A DNA stretch of 64,000 bases from contig JBAWWL010000001.1 in the NCBI GenBank assembly GCA_037146775.1, forward strand, positions 5,464 through 69,463, in the 5' to 3' direction. Below the pieces are notes generated by a model. The model saw nothing but the letters and a program-made list of their open reading frames with translations, was not told where the DNA came from and ran no database searches. The translations under genes were made by a program, and so were the position numbers. This DNA is from Candidatus Omnitrophota bacterium. Lineage in GTDB: Bacteria; Omnitrophota; Gorgyraeia; Duberdicusellales; 4484-171. Shown here in pieces: positions 1-15,000 of the stretch (positions are counted from its first letter, which is position 1; every line of letters begins with the position of its first letter).

Positions 1-3000
1 GCGCGCTTTATCACCACGTAGGAACTATTAATCGAATGCTGCTTCAGTTTTATAGAGAATTGAATATTCATATGCTTTATCCTATCCATGGAGGTATTCC
101 GGAAGAAAGAAGATCGGCCAGTTATGAAGATATGGGGAGAGGAAGGATATATTATTATCCGCTTCCTGGCAAAGGCGTTGTAAGTACGCTTAGAAATATT
201 GTCCGGGAAAATAGTATTGATTTGATTGCTGATCATAGTCCGGCATCAAATATCGCATTAGCGCTTTTACGTATTGCAAAGAAAAGTCATATACCTTTCT
301 TCACCCAATGGCACATTTCGGACCTGAATCATCCCGCAGTAAATAGAGAAATTTTTGGGCAGGTTGTTATGGGCGCAGACGCGGTGGCTGCAGTAAGTAA
401 GCCCGGAGCACGCGCTATACGTCAGGAATATAATGTTGCCGCACAATATATACCTTCAGTACGCGATTTAGCCGCTTTTGATATTAGAATCGCCAGTCCT
501 GACAAAGCCCGCACCCTGTATGGTTTAGATAGAAATGAGTTTATTGTCGTTTCGCCCAACCGTATTGTTAGAGAGAAAGATCCTATAGCCATTGTGAAGG
601 CATTCGAGATGCTAAGACGAAGATTTGCTAAAGATAATTTTAGGCTTTTGATTATCGGTTCATCTACGGATATAGAGTATCGCGCAGAACTAGAACGTGT
701 CATAGACAGTTTAAATTTGCGACGACACATAGTAATTGTACAACCCACCACTGACAGAACTTTAATGCGCGATATATATGCTTTAGCTTCCAGCCGTTTG
801 GGTTATGGTTGTGTTGTGCTTCCTGCTGCCTGGGGTGAAGGTACTTCCGGAATTTTAGAGGAAGCTCAATTAATGACAGCTCCGATAATCACAACCAGAG
901 CTGGAGGTAACGCGCAGACAGTTATATTTGGTGAATACGGTTCCGCCCTAGAGGTCGGTTTTAATAAGTATGATGAGCCTGCTTCAGGAGCCAATCATAA
1001 TGAGCTTGCAGCTTCCCTGGCAACCTTAATGGATAATCCGGCCTTGGGGCTTCAGATGGGAGCAACCGGCCGAGCTTTTGTACAAGCTAAATTTAATCCA
1101 TATAATATTGTGTTAGGTATACATGCACCGCTATATGAGAGGCTTATCGCTGGTGCTAATAGGCAACGCGAATACGCGTCTTCATCTCTTTCTCGTATAT
1201 TTACTCATTATTCCCATCTAGACAGTTTACGAATTACTAACAAAGTCTCATCCACTACTTACTATGTATTATTGACTATATACCATCAAAGCAGTTCTCC
1301 GGTTTCTCCGCATACCCAAATTAGCTGGCAAGGCATTAACCGTACCATTAAAGAATCGCCATACTACAGAAAGCTTGCTTTAATCGGAAGAGTAATTCCG
1401 ATATTTTCAGAAACTGATACTTTGCATTCGCGTTTAAACCACATAAGAAGAGTGCAAAAGGTTGCCTTAAAATGGTTTTCAGAGTGGATAGGAACCACAC
1501 GTCTCACTGACGCGTCTAGGCTGGGGACCGAAGAGTCATTAGGAGATAATGCCAATTTAATTGAATTTTTTAGTATTGCGCATGAGCTTGGCGCGGTTCC
1601 TTTTCTGCATTATAGAAGAAACGCTATAAATGAGTTGGATTGCGGTCAGAAAATTATTGATGAATTATTTCTTACACAGAGCGCAATTCCTGCGCCCATA
1701 CGCGGACATTTGCGAGAGGTAAGTCTACTTTTCTTAGACAATATTGCTGATTTATTTAATGAAGCTAGGTTTGTGGTGGCATCCGAGCAGATAGTAACTT
1801 GTGTCGAAAATGTTGTTTTCGGCCTGAGAATGCAGTTACTTAGCGAAGAAGCAGCTGCTAAACTTCTTCATGATTTCAGAGAAAAATTTGGGCCTAGTAG
1901 TCTAGTCCATGTGGCAAATCTTACCGAGCCTCAACTTGATGAAAGGATAATAACACTTGCCATAGGTTTTATTGAGAGAGTACTTAACTATCGCGCTTTC
2001 CAACAAGAGTTAGGCAAAATACGGGAATTTAATGCCAGGGGTGAGCAGGCTCTCGTAGCTAAAGTACGACAAGTCTATCGAGCAGAACAATTTCAGGCAG
2101 TTATGGCTATTGTGATAAACAGTATAAGTGGAATTTTTCACGGGGATAGGCGTTTGGTAGAAAGTGAACTTTTTAAATTAAGCGAGCTTGATGTACTTAA
2201 CCGGGCAGCTACTTTGAGAGGAAAGAGCCAGGGCAATTGGCAGGAGCGTTTGCTTAATGCCGGCCAGTCTCGAGCTCAGGCGGAAAGGGTATCTCTTACG
2301 CAAGTTGCTCAAATGCGTTTCAGTGGACACAAAAATATTTTTGAAATAAGCGCTGAACTTAAATTAAGCCCGCAATTAGTTTGGCTAATGATCCAACGTG
2401 CACATATAAAACGTTTGATAAGAAATCCTCTGTCGCCAGGAAAAACATTGCCGCATCTTGAAACTCTCCTTGTGCTCTACGCTATGGTTATTACTCCTTT
2501 TGTAAGTAAAGAATTGGGTGTAGAGGTGGCTTCTCTACCCCAGGTGCCTTCTGAAATTTCCGAAGCGGATATGCCGGTAGTTCTGCAAAGGTTAGAAGAA
2601 TTCTTAGTAATTCTTGAAAATACTTATGCTGACCCCAGGCTTGGATTTGACCGTCTTTTTAAGATAGGATGGGTAAGTTCTCAGGAACGGTTAGGCGTCG
2701 CAGGGCCATTAGCAGCGGTCTTTCGTTACAATTTAGTTTATCTGCGTTTGAGCGGTATTGAAAGAAAATCAAGAAAACAATCAAACAATGTCCGTTATAT
2801 CACCCAGGATGTTTTGGAAGCAAAAATGAAAGGCTCACGTCGCCGTAAGCAAAGTGGATCGCTTTTGCAACAGATAGAAAAAGGCAATTGTGTAACACTT
2901 GTGAGAAGGCTTGGTATCATTGCCCAAGCATTTAGCTCTACGGATTTTGTTATTAAAGGCCTTTTTCCCGAAACAGAAGATAGATTTAGGCTGGTTGTGG

Positions 3001-6000
3001 GGTTACTGTGTAGCGTTGAGCACGTTGAAACTGCGCGTACAATTGTACTGGCCGCAGAAAAAATCAATCAACCTAAAAAGAAAGACGAACAATCCCAGGC
3101 GCCTGGTGCGTTAAAGATAACAAAAGATACGCCCTATCAAGAGCTTATAGACTTTTTATTTAAGTCTAATACCTATGCCGAAAGCAAATCAGGCATGTAT
3201 TGCCTCTCTGGCGGTGCATTTTCTGTTTTTGGATATAATTTACGTTTATTATGTAAAAGAGGAATACCTAGTGAAGGCGTAAAAAGAGAAAGACGAAACG
3301 TTAATGCTCAATTGTCAACCGCCCACATCCTGCCGGAAGATATTGCTTTTTGTATTGGCCGCCGCGGCCCAAGCACCGTGAGCGAATTGGTGAGGGGGCA
3401 TACGGCCATCGTAAGGCCAACTATTGTGCTTATACATGTAATCGTTATGGCGTTAGCTGATGAAGCTAATTTTAGCTTAGATGACGTTACTTTAGCGGCA
3501 CCTAATAGATTAAGAGAAGTAACAAATTTCCTTTTTAACCCTGCCTTGATTAGACAGGCACTTATGATTGTTGATACCGATGAAGAATTAAGAGGTGTTG
3601 CTGTTTTAGAGCGAACTAAAACATCCATAACCCAGGCCGCGAGGGGTGGAGCGAATTTTTATGTTGAAATCAGGAAGAGGTTATTTCCGGATAATGGCGA
3701 ATGGGAGCTTAGCGGTCCGGGCAAGAGCGTGTTTAGCTATAATTTAAGTATGCTACAGAGAAGAGCAGTTACCCAGGAACATCTAAGAGCGAAAAGGAGA
3801 AATGTAGTGAAATTAGCGGCTGTACCTCAAAAGAAAAATCAACAATCACCCACACAGATAATTACTTCCGACGATATCGCTTCGGTTATGCATAGAAATA
3901 GTGGATTTTGCGGAAATTTAAACAAGGTTAAACTTAACATAACTACTCTACACGCGCTTAGCTTAGCTTTATCCAGGGAAGATGATTTTGTTCTTGATGA
4001 TGTTAAACAAGGGGTGGGGGATAGAGTTGTAGCGGTAATAGATTTACTTTTGGGTGTCGAGCGTTTGGGAGAGGCGAGATTAATGCTTGAGCGTGTACAG
4101 CAATTAGAGGGCTGTGGTTTTCCGTTTGAAGACGCAACAATTATAATTGATGCTAAGACGCCAGTGGATATTGTTGCAAAAGTTACTGCTTCTGCTAAAG
4201 GCGCTGCAACCGTGCTTGGGCCAAATAGTTCTGTAATTTTCAGCACAAATTTAAGGGGGATGTTCTCTCGCCGCGGTCCGATTCGCTATAGGGATTTAGC
4301 TCTGGGATTACATACAACGCCAAAAGCTGTACATAATCTGAAAAATACTGAACCGGCTGTCTACTTAGAGCGCGTACACAGTGTTATTTTAGTAATGGCG
4401 AGCTTAAAAAGCACAGATTTCAAAACCACACTTGATGAATTATTTCCTGTTACGCTTCAGGTAGCTTCTTCGCCATCCGTAAATGCACTGGGTGAGGCTT
4501 CATCTCCTTCTCAGGTAAAAGTTCAGCTTTTCAGATACTCTAGAGATGTTCGTTTCAGCGAACATACATTTGAGATTCTTGGGAAAAGATTTGAATTATT
4601 TGCTAACGGATTCTTGCGTATCGAAACACCGCAGGAGGCGATCTATCTTTCCCTAAACCATCGAGATACCTATGGTTTTATGGTGGCAGAATATAAAGCC
4701 GGACGTATCCAGGGCAACGAAGACTTCGTATTTATTGATAATAGTTGGCATCCGGATAATAACCCGCTTAGCCGTCCGGCTCCCGAACTTTCTGAGCCAC
4801 TCGCAAGACATATTGCTTTTATGCGCACAGATAGTCGTTCCAATAGTTTTGTCAGCGCCGTAGCACATGCTTTCAACGCTATGCCGCGTGTATTCCTTGC
4901 CGAGAAAAGACCTTTAGTAGACTGGGGTGGCTGTGATTTCGCAGATCGGGCACCAATAACGCGTTATCCAGCGGCGCAGTCTAATTCTATCTCTAGCGTT
5001 GATTGCGATATTATTATTAAAATAGCAATTTGGGGCCTGCACCGCAACCATCAAGCTTTGTTGCGACATGTGTTGAGAGTGATTATGCCCTCAAAACTTA
5101 AATTGATACATATTAGTCCTTCCTTTAACGGAGAACATTCCGATACGGTTACTAACTTTGCGCAAAACCTTATTGAAGGTATTTTAGCCGAACGCGGAAT
5201 CTTTAGCATAGGAAATCGCAGGAATGTTATTTCTTCCGCTGTTATCTTATCGAACGAAAGGGATGCTCTGATTCAATCAGTAATAAATGTTTTTGGCATT
5301 GGCGAAGGTTTAACTTTAAGCCGCAGTGATATTGAGGCAGCAATTAAGATAGATACTACAGATGATCCTTATCGTATTAGCCGTAATCTTCCGGTTGTAC
5401 TTGCTTTAGGTGGAGATATTTACAGAAATTGCCAGCTGAATCAAAAGCCGTTATTGATAGCGTTCGTGGGCAGGGGCACGGTTAATGAACAAGGTTTAAT
5501 TCTTGATGCTCAAAGCCGGCAAGGCTTGGCTTGTGAAGGATGCCGCCTGGCTAATTCCATGGAAATCAAAAACGCCATCTGGGAAATACCTTATCATGGC
5601 AAAAAGACTACTTTTATCATACAAGATAAAGATAACTGGTTGGCTATGCCGGTTCTCTATGGCCCAGAAGATATTTATCAAAAAGGATTATTAATCGGAA
5701 AAGGCGGAGACAGAATTACGCGTTTAGGCCATGATATCGCCCAAGATACAGGTGTCGCTAATGAAGATGGGATATTTGAGGATTACACAAAAGCTTTAGT
5801 TACTGCAAGGTTGTTAGGTTTTTCTATTCTTGACGGCCCGGATATGATGCGTGATGTGGATAGAAGAATGGGCTTGATGGTTAGAGCGGCAAGGGCGACA
5901 GCAACGGATATTAGCGAATTTGCTTTAACACACACCGGTTACCCGGTTTTCCCTCAGAATGAATTCCTCAAGGTTACTACCAGCAATCCCGAGAATGAAG

Positions 6001-9000
6001 GTGGTTTTTCTCATACCAGCTGGATGGTTACTAGCCGTGGAGTGGTACAGGGAACAATTAGCGCTTTACGTTGGATTTTACATGTGCTTACGGCTCATAC
6101 CGGAGAATATCCGCAGGAAGTAGTTGATTTCTTAAAGCGCCTTAATATTAATTTCGATAGTTTGAGTGGGCTTATCCAGGGCTTTGGCGATGTGGGAAGC
6201 GGTATCGCTAAGCTGCTTTTGACTGTTTTTGAAGTATTTAATATAAGGATACGCGGTTTCTCTAATAAATATTTTGCTATTTATCGAAAAGACGGTTTGC
6301 CGCAAGAATTCGTTATGGAAGCCCGCCGCATCGCCGAAGTTTCTCCGGATGCTCTTACGGCTTTACGTTTACTTGAGATGAGTTACTTTGGGGAAAACCT
6401 TTCCGGAGCAACGCTGTGGGTAGCTAATCCGTCAAACAGAAAAACGCAAGTTGCATTATTATCTCCGGCAGATATAGCAAGATTATCTACCCAGTGCCAA
6501 AGCAAAGGTGTTAATGCTACTTTTGGCGATGCCGCAATCGTAAACGAACTTATCTATCAAGAAGCTACGCTGTTATTTCTTGCCGCCGGTGCAAATATTA
6601 TTATTGATCCGGAACAAATCAATAGACTACAAGCTTCGGTGATATCTGAAGGAGCGAATAACGCTATCAAAATGGATCTTCAACCGCAACTGCGCCGCGC
6701 AGGGAAATTATATTTGCCGGGAGAACTCTTGAATGGCGGAGGAATTTATACTTCCAAGGAAGATATTCGGCACAATCATACCGATGGAGTGGCGGCGATA
6801 GTCCATAACGGAAGCTATTATCATACTCATGTTACTGACGAGATAGATTCACTTGTCTTGCATCGTACTATTTCCTTACTTGAGCGCTGGGCTGAAACCG
6901 ATGCAAACTTTGCCTTAGATTTTACTGAGCAGATAAGAATAGTAGCCAGAGGAATTTCAAATAGAGCAGATAGTTTAGTCAGAGAAGGAAACCGCCGCTT
7001 GATGCAATTTGCAGCTATTGACCAGGAAAGAGTCAGAGACCGTTTGAGTGGACAGCCGAGATTGCCTTTGCGGCATTCACTTTACGAAATTGCCATGGAA
7101 ATGGCTCCTGCGGGAATTTTATATCGGCCGCAAGATGTGGGTAGATATTTAGAACAATTAGAACGATGGCAATTTATGGTTTGTGAAGACGGCCGTATAG
7201 ATAATTACGATATTTGTCAATTACGGCTGCTTCTTTTTGTTTTGATGAAAATGAGTTACTACCTTAAGGCAGATCAGCGTAGCAGGCTTATCGCGGTGCT
7301 TACTTCAGCTATCCCTAATAAACACATTGATAATTTAGTGCGCAAAGAAGCTTTGGTTTGTTTAACTATGGTAGTAATGTGGCATGCTCATAATCGGCAA
7401 GATGTTGTAGACAGAGCGGTTAGTTTATGCCGCGATATCTTAAGAGATCCTTCGGAAACTGCCCGGTTACATGTATGGGCACAATACTCACTTTACCGGA
7501 TTATGGGAATTGGTTATTTAGAGCAAGCTCAGCTATTAGGCTCCGATACCGCAAGTTACCAATCTTTACCCGCCGCGCAGATAGCTGAAACTTTATGGCA
7601 TAATGCGCTTGTACTTACCGCGCAAATTCTGGGCGTGCATAGTGCAGATGAAGTTGTAAATAGGTTACGTGTTATCGGCGATCGGTCCGCTCACGGCCAT
7701 TTCAGATATATTCTGGCAACGTTAATTGCTCAACATTTGTCTATGGCGATACCCGGCATACGTAGCATATGGGCTTTTGGTGATGTGGGCGATACTGAGC
7801 GAGCTCGTCCAAATTCTGATTTAGATTTTATTATTGAAGTTGCTAGCGAAGATGCGCGTGCTCAGGTACGCGAATATTTATTTATTATCCTAAACAGGTA
7901 CCTTACTGAACAATTTAACGCCATGATGGATGGAACAGGCGTCCAAAGAGCAGGGTTGATTGAAGCCGACCACCCGCAAGCGCCACGTATACTTTTAACC
8001 CAAGAAGTTTTACAAGGTATAGGGCTTGCCGTGTTGATTCCTTATCCTGGCAGGCTCAGCGCATATCGAGAAGGATTGGCTACGTTGTTATTTCCTGCCA
8101 CTATTGAACAGCTATGGCAGAATACGGCAACAAACTCCAGCTCATCGCTTGAGAATAGATTTAATTCAGAGAAAGTTTCTTCCTTGGGGGCAAATATTGT
8201 TGCCTTGCCTTTTGTCGGGCGGGGGAGGGTTTCTTCATCTTTGCCAAACACGGTTGCGCTTAATGATTTAGATTTGCAAACCGCGGAGTTAATCGGCCAG
8301 GGTGCTTCAGCCAAGATATTTAAAGTTTCTCACGGAAAAACAGGGATGAAGTTTGCCTTAAAGATTTATTGCGGCCAGAGTTTATTATCTGAGGGTCAGA
8401 GTAGAGAGAAAGCCAGAGCTATTACCGCTTACGTATTAAAACTTTTTGGCCAGCACGCACAATTAGCCGAAGAAGGATTTATGCCGCGCTATTACAGCAG
8501 AGGCGAAGCGGCTTTTGATTTTAATACGGGAATAAGTTCTGGACAAATATATCCGTATTTTGTTATGGATTATCTTGACGGAGAAGCTTTAAGTAAACTT
8601 TTATTCCGGCAACATGCGGCTGTTTGCATAAGAAGCGCATTGCCCGGTGCAAGCTTAGATACATCTGCAGAACCCCACTGGCCACACACTTTAGCTGACA
8701 GGTTATGTCTTGCTATGGCTATAGCGCGCGCTTTAGAAAAATACCATAAAGAAGGATTGCTAGTGAAAGAATTAAAACCAGAAAATATTATTGTCCGTCC
8801 AAGCCACAAGGCTTCTTTGGTTGATCAGGACGGTATTGTGCCTCTTGGCTATGATTGGCTGATGAACCCTGAGCATATTCCTGAAATAGTGCGCGCCATA
8901 CATGCTGAATTATTCGCTGAGGATATTTCTCCGTTTATATACCGCGATAGCTTTTTAGAAAAGAAATTATTTACTGAACAATGGGATATTTATAGCTTTG

Positions 9001-12000
9001 GCATGGTATTACTTGAAATATTGGATTTTGATTGGTTTGCAACCACTATGCCTTTATTAAGAGCAAGATTTGCTTTTTGTGGTTTGAGCACTCCTGGTGT
9101 GCTACGCCGTTTTATAGATCAGCATATTGGCGAACATACAAGGTTAAATACAACAACTGGCAGAGCATATAATATCTTAGGTTGCTGCATAAATTTAGAT
9201 AGAAGCAAACGTTATCCTGACACACAAGCGTTATTGGCAGATTTACAAGCCTGTCATGCGTTTGCTGTGCAAGAAATTTCTTCAGCCATCAGTGAAGAAG
9301 TACCTACAACAAAGACACTTTCTCCTTGGTTAGAGGCGCGGTTATCTTTTGGTTCATCAAGTTCGTCTTTAGGTTTTGCGGATATTGGTCAACCCAAGGT
9401 TAGAGAATTTTTAACTGCTCGCCAGGCTGTTATTAATAACGCTTCGCCCGATTACATTAGGGCAGTAACCTTTGGAGAGGTTTACAAACATCTTGGGTTA
9501 TATACTGATCTAGGAGATCCTAATGTAGCTGCCATCATCGGTGATTTAGACGATTATTTTACAGAAATGAAAGATCAAGCAGAGATGTATGCGGCAAGAG
9601 CAATTATAGAAGGCAACGAATACTTTTGGTTATGTTATTTTAAGAAAATGCGCCACAATAACCGTACTATTGAGTTGAAAGAATTCTTCTATGTCAATGG
9701 CATTAATATTGCGCATGGATTCTCTGTAGTTCAGCCGGAATTAATTATGCTTTTTATGGGCATTGATGAAGATTCATTTAAAGGTACAGGGCATATGCAG
9801 GTACTTTTTGATATTAAACAGGCGGTATTGCGAAAGGTATTCGGCCGCAGCAGCTTCGCTATGTTAAGTAGTCAGATACATGACTGGAATGCATTCTTTT
9901 TCTACATACGTAGAGGCTATTTACCGGTATCTCCGCAGCTACGGAATTTAGTAATAGATAATTTTCTTATACCCTGGTTACAAGATCCCAAGTATCTTGT
10001 TCAAAGCCCGGAAAATATTTTCGGAGAAGATTTCTTTCATCATGCGAGAAGGCTTAAATTTTTCTTTGAAGACGAAGTGCAATCATCATCGCCGGTTGCG
10101 CAGCAGGCGCAAGCCCAAGTGCTTTTTGATGTAACTAAACAAAAGTTTTATCTACCTTTAAGCCTACGTTATCTTGCTCTGCCGCTAAAGGCGGTATTAA
10201 ACGCCCAAGAGACAAAGCGCGAAGAAATTAAATTAGCCGTTGTTTTCGGTGATACAGATATTAGCTTTGAGTACGATAGCGAAATTACTCTCGGTGGAGA
10301 CGAGGAGCAGATATTACGGCAGCAACTATCTCAATTTAGAACAATGGTTGAGCCTATAGTGCGCTTGCCGCGGCGTATTCTTGTAGGATTTCGTTCGCAT
10401 TTTACCATGGAACAATTCAGTGCTGACGTTGTTTTCGGTAAACCTGTGCGTGAGGAAGCGCTGCAGCCCCTTATTGAGTTTGAAGAGCGTTTCTGGTTTA
10501 GCTATGCGCTTTTACGTGTGCCGGCAGCGCTTAATTATGCTGCGGTATATCCATGCTTTTTGCCTGAAGCTAGTGATACACCTTGGGAAGCTGTTAAATA
10601 TGATTCACCATATTATCAGTTCTTTTTAAAGACCGTTCCCGATGCTTACGGAACATTACTTGATCCGCTGCATTATTTATTTAAGTTGGACGATTCTTGT
10701 CGCGAATGTATAAAACGTATGGAAGCAGTTTATCCGTATTCTTATTTTTTCTTCCTGCGCCTTAATGCTATGGTCGAACAAAAACTCTTTCCAAAGTGGC
10801 TTGGGCTTGATATGAGTCGACCTTTTTATGTCAAGAGAATAACCGGTTTAGGTGATATGCATGTTTGCTTACGTTGTCTTGAAGAAGGACTCAGTCAGGG
10901 CAAGTTACAACTTGATTATTTTCAAGGTGCTGCTGATTGTCCCGGACAGATTATTCCTGTGCGCAGTAAAGTTCCTTCTGTTGGCGAGCTTGATACCTTT
11001 ACTGTAGAGACATTAGTTCCCTTAATTACATCCGGCAGAGTTGTTGCTGATAACACAAAGCTGGTTGAATTATCCGGATATGATCAAGAAGGTAATGCAG
11101 TAGAGAGAAAAATTATCTATAAACCATTCGATGCTGTGCTTATTGAAGGAGAATTTTCGTTTTTTACCAGAAATTTGCTGCTTCCTTCCTGCAGAGTACA
11201 GCCGGTGCAGGATGATTTTGGTATGTGTGGCTGGGTAGAGTATCTTGAACACCTGTCGCTTTCCAGCGATGTTTTATGCGAAAAGTTTTTAGCTCGTCCT
11301 CGATCGTTGGCCGAGTTTCGCTTTCTACTTTTTGTGTTAATTGCTTTAAGCTATCCTCTGGGGATTGCCGATTTTACCCAGACCAATTATTTTGCTGTAA
11401 TTCCTGGAGTGAATGAAGATAAAACAATATTATGGCCGGTGCGTATTGATACAGAGACAGGGTTTACACCTTTTAGCACCACCCTTCTTGAATATCTGCA
11501 GAAAATATACCCAGTACTCACCGATGAGCAGCGTTTTCCTGAATATTGTTTTGGCGGTAGCTTTGATGAGTTTGTGCGGGCTTTTATCGACACAAAAGAG
11601 CTTTTATTAAAGCCAACACCTGCCGTACCAGAAACTGCACTTGGCACTATTGGTAATTTTGCCCAGCGTCTGCTAACTAAGATGGATCAAGGCGTGGCTT
11701 ACTGGAGGAGAGAAATTATAACAAATACAGTAAAATACGCCGCTGATGCCCGGCTCAAAGGCATATCACCTTATTATTTACGCCGGGTTAATTCTGGACA
11801 TATACAGCAAATGATTATCCGTAACGTTATATTACATGTGTTTTTAAATCACAATAGCTCATCGCCTATAGTACTTGAACAAATAACTGACATAGATTTT
11901 AGCAGTATAATTGCCAAATACTATCGCGGAGCGCGCCAATTATCAGATCATTTGTTGGCTCTACCGGTAAGCAGACAACTTAAAAAAATATCCCAAGAAA

Positions 12001-15000
12001 TGGTTACGGCTTTAGAGTGGAGGATAAAGACCGAGGCTTCTAGGTTTTCCAGCAATTCTGTTGTTAGTGAGATAAGCGCAGATATTATCCCTAATATAGT
12101 TGACGCTGTAGTGGAAAGGCTCGATATAAAAGATATCACTAAAAATCAAGCAGTCGCTGGTTGTCGTTTAAGTATTAACCGCAAAGCCGGCGCTTTTTGT
12201 CTAGAGTTCTTTGATAATGGTGTAGGTATCCCCTATCAAATATTACAAAGTTGGCAGAGTCTTAGCCATGAGGATATTTCGCGTATGCTTTTAGCAGATA
12301 CGGTTTGTCCGTGGCTTACCACAAAAGCAGAGGAAAAACTTGGCCTTTATCTGGGAAGAAATGGCCAAGGCATGCTCAATGTTTTTAAAGTTTTAACAGC
12401 ATTTAAGCTTAGCATGACTATTACCTCAAAACAAAAAGATAAGCCGGCGTACCTTTTCAGGCAGTTTGAAGACGGCAGAAAAGAACTAACTGTCACTACT
12501 CAAGAAACCGTTGGAACCGCTATTATGTTTAACTCAGACAAGCGCCCGGAAATTATAGCTTTATTAAATTTTTATCAAGCGACATTAATGGATGAGCCTG
12601 CTGTATCTGTGGCTCGAGCAGCTCAAATTATGAGAGAGCCTTCGCCGGAGAGGCTGCGTAAGTTATTAAAAACTAATCCTGACGTAGCAAAGCAATATAA
12701 TATTCAGCCCGGAGCAAGAAAAGTAAAACCTGTTGAATTGGATGTCGGGGTATATTTAGTGCGAGATTATTATATGGGAAGGCCGGTTACAAGTATCGAA
12801 ACGCACATAGGCTCGGCTGCTGATTATGATGCTCCAAGTGATGAATCAGTGGCAAGATCTTGCCAATACACAAGAGGTTATTTACCTAGAGGTAAGATCA
12901 TGCAAGGCAAGCGTTGGTCAAGCGAAGATGCAGAAATATTAACTGTCTGGCTTGATAGAGCATATTTAAGAATAGCAAAACATGTGAGATTAGCGGAAAG
13001 TAGAAGCAAAAGCCACATACCCGTTCATCCCAATGATCTTTATCCGGAGATGCTGGTTTTAGACTATCGTCCGCTTGCTAATGGCAGGGTTGCGGCTGAT
13101 TTTGTATTTGCGATATCCGGCGGCAGGATAAGGTTATGGATTATGGATCCTAAACGTAATTGTGTGCAATCAATGGTTCATATGATTATTCAGGGAGCGA
13201 TCGATCCGGTTTCCTTCAGAACTCTTTTAGACGAATTAGAAAGCGAGCGTACACTTTCTGAAATTATTTCAGCGTCGTCAGTGGTGGAAGTGAATTTTGT
13301 CGAAACCCCCGAATTAGCAACATTGGCTAAAAGTAAGGATATTTTTAGTGCCTGGCTTGGTTTTTGGGCTGATTATTACCAAGTTCCCGGGCCTTTGAGC
13401 GTTTTATTGCGCAAGGGAGGATTAGTGATTAATAATCCGGGGAAACGTTATGAAAATCAAGTTTCGAGCTTGTCGTATGAAGTTTTGGGCACAATACTTT
13501 TAGTACATAACATGCGTACTTGGAAATATTACCACAGGCGTTTAATGGCGCTTGAGCACGTTATTTTAATCGCAAATCACGGTATAGAAAGGGTTATCTA
13601 TACCTCTTTGGAAAAGATAGAGCACGCTGCTTTTATCACCGGTATGAAAGAAGTCCTGGGTGTATATTCCCACCTTACTTGGACAAATCCGGAATTTGTG
13701 CTTGGCGGTGACGCCTATTCGTTAGTTGATCGGGGAGTCGTGGAATTGCTTTTCGGCGACCGCGATGCGGCTTATAAGTTTATCAGCAAGCAACCGTATA
13801 AATGGCCGGGAGCAGTTTCTTCTTCTGTTAATAATATTCGGTTGCGGCAGGATAAACAAAGAGCTACCTCTTCCGTGGCTGGTTGGGGTTCTTTGCCTGC
13901 TGCAGCCGAGCCAGAAGGCTCGTGGTTTGGCCTTGCCTTTAAGCCAAAGCCACACATATATATAGGTAAGAAGAATAAAGCTATTTCTTCTAGGGTTAGC
14001 TCTGCTGTTTCATCAACGCTGCCATTTTATTCTAGCGGCAGCATTTTTTCGGCTAACGATACTTATCCTATACCTATTTTTTCTTCACGCGATATTGAAG
14101 GCGACCGCGTCCACACACTACCTTTTGGAGAGATTTCCAATTCCCATTACCTACGAATAGCTATTGGCCCAAAAGTAATTTACATAGGTACACATCACCA
14201 CGGCGCATTTTTGTTTACTCTGCTTGCATATATTGAAGCGTTAATCGATGGAGGAGAGGATTTTGTACATATTGATTTTAGAAGGCACCCCGATAATTCC
14301 CCTGCAACCAATACACCATCATTAAACGATACTATTGCTAAGTACATAGGTTATTTTAAGCGTCAACAGAATGATTATTCTCTTAGGGAGGGTAATTATG
14401 TAACTGCTCTAAAACAGTTGTTTGCCGCTATGCGCTTTATATTTTTGTCCACTGAAATTGAACCAGATGCTGATTGGGGTGGTATGCGCTTTGACAAAAA
14501 AGATTCTGTTTTCACCTTTAGAGAAAGGTTGGTCAACGGCATAGCGAGTCTAGACCTAGATATATTTAATGATCGTTATAATCTGGAAACCACTCCAGAT
14601 ATGATAGCCTTGATGGATTGTTTAGTGGAAATAGTAAGTGAAGCTAAGGTGATAATGATTTTTTCTTCTCCGGGTTACCTAGAAAGAGATAGAGAGATGA
14701 TCATTCCAGAATTTTTAAACCGTTTATTAGCGAAATTGCAAAATAATCAAGATGCTAGAACAAATCACTCAGGCGCGCTACCCTATGTTTCGATTCCTTC
14801 AGCAAGAAAAGTAGTATTTCATAATGCTTATTTAAATGGCAGAAGGGTTCTTAATCCGAGAATGACTGTTAATGTCTTGCGGCAAGAGTTTATGGCTTCA
14901 TCCGTACTGTCTGGTAATATTTTCGGCTCTCTCAAAACCGCAATTCACGCCCCCCCTGCTATCGACTATGTACTACATACTATATACTGCCAAATCAGCT

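Noticed and set aside
3700-3745. ELSGPGKSV considered as a Walker A / P-loop NTPase motif.
   Set aside because: It does not fit [AG]xxxxGK[ST], since the residue at position 1 is Glu. No Walker B or other P-loop context was recognised nearby.
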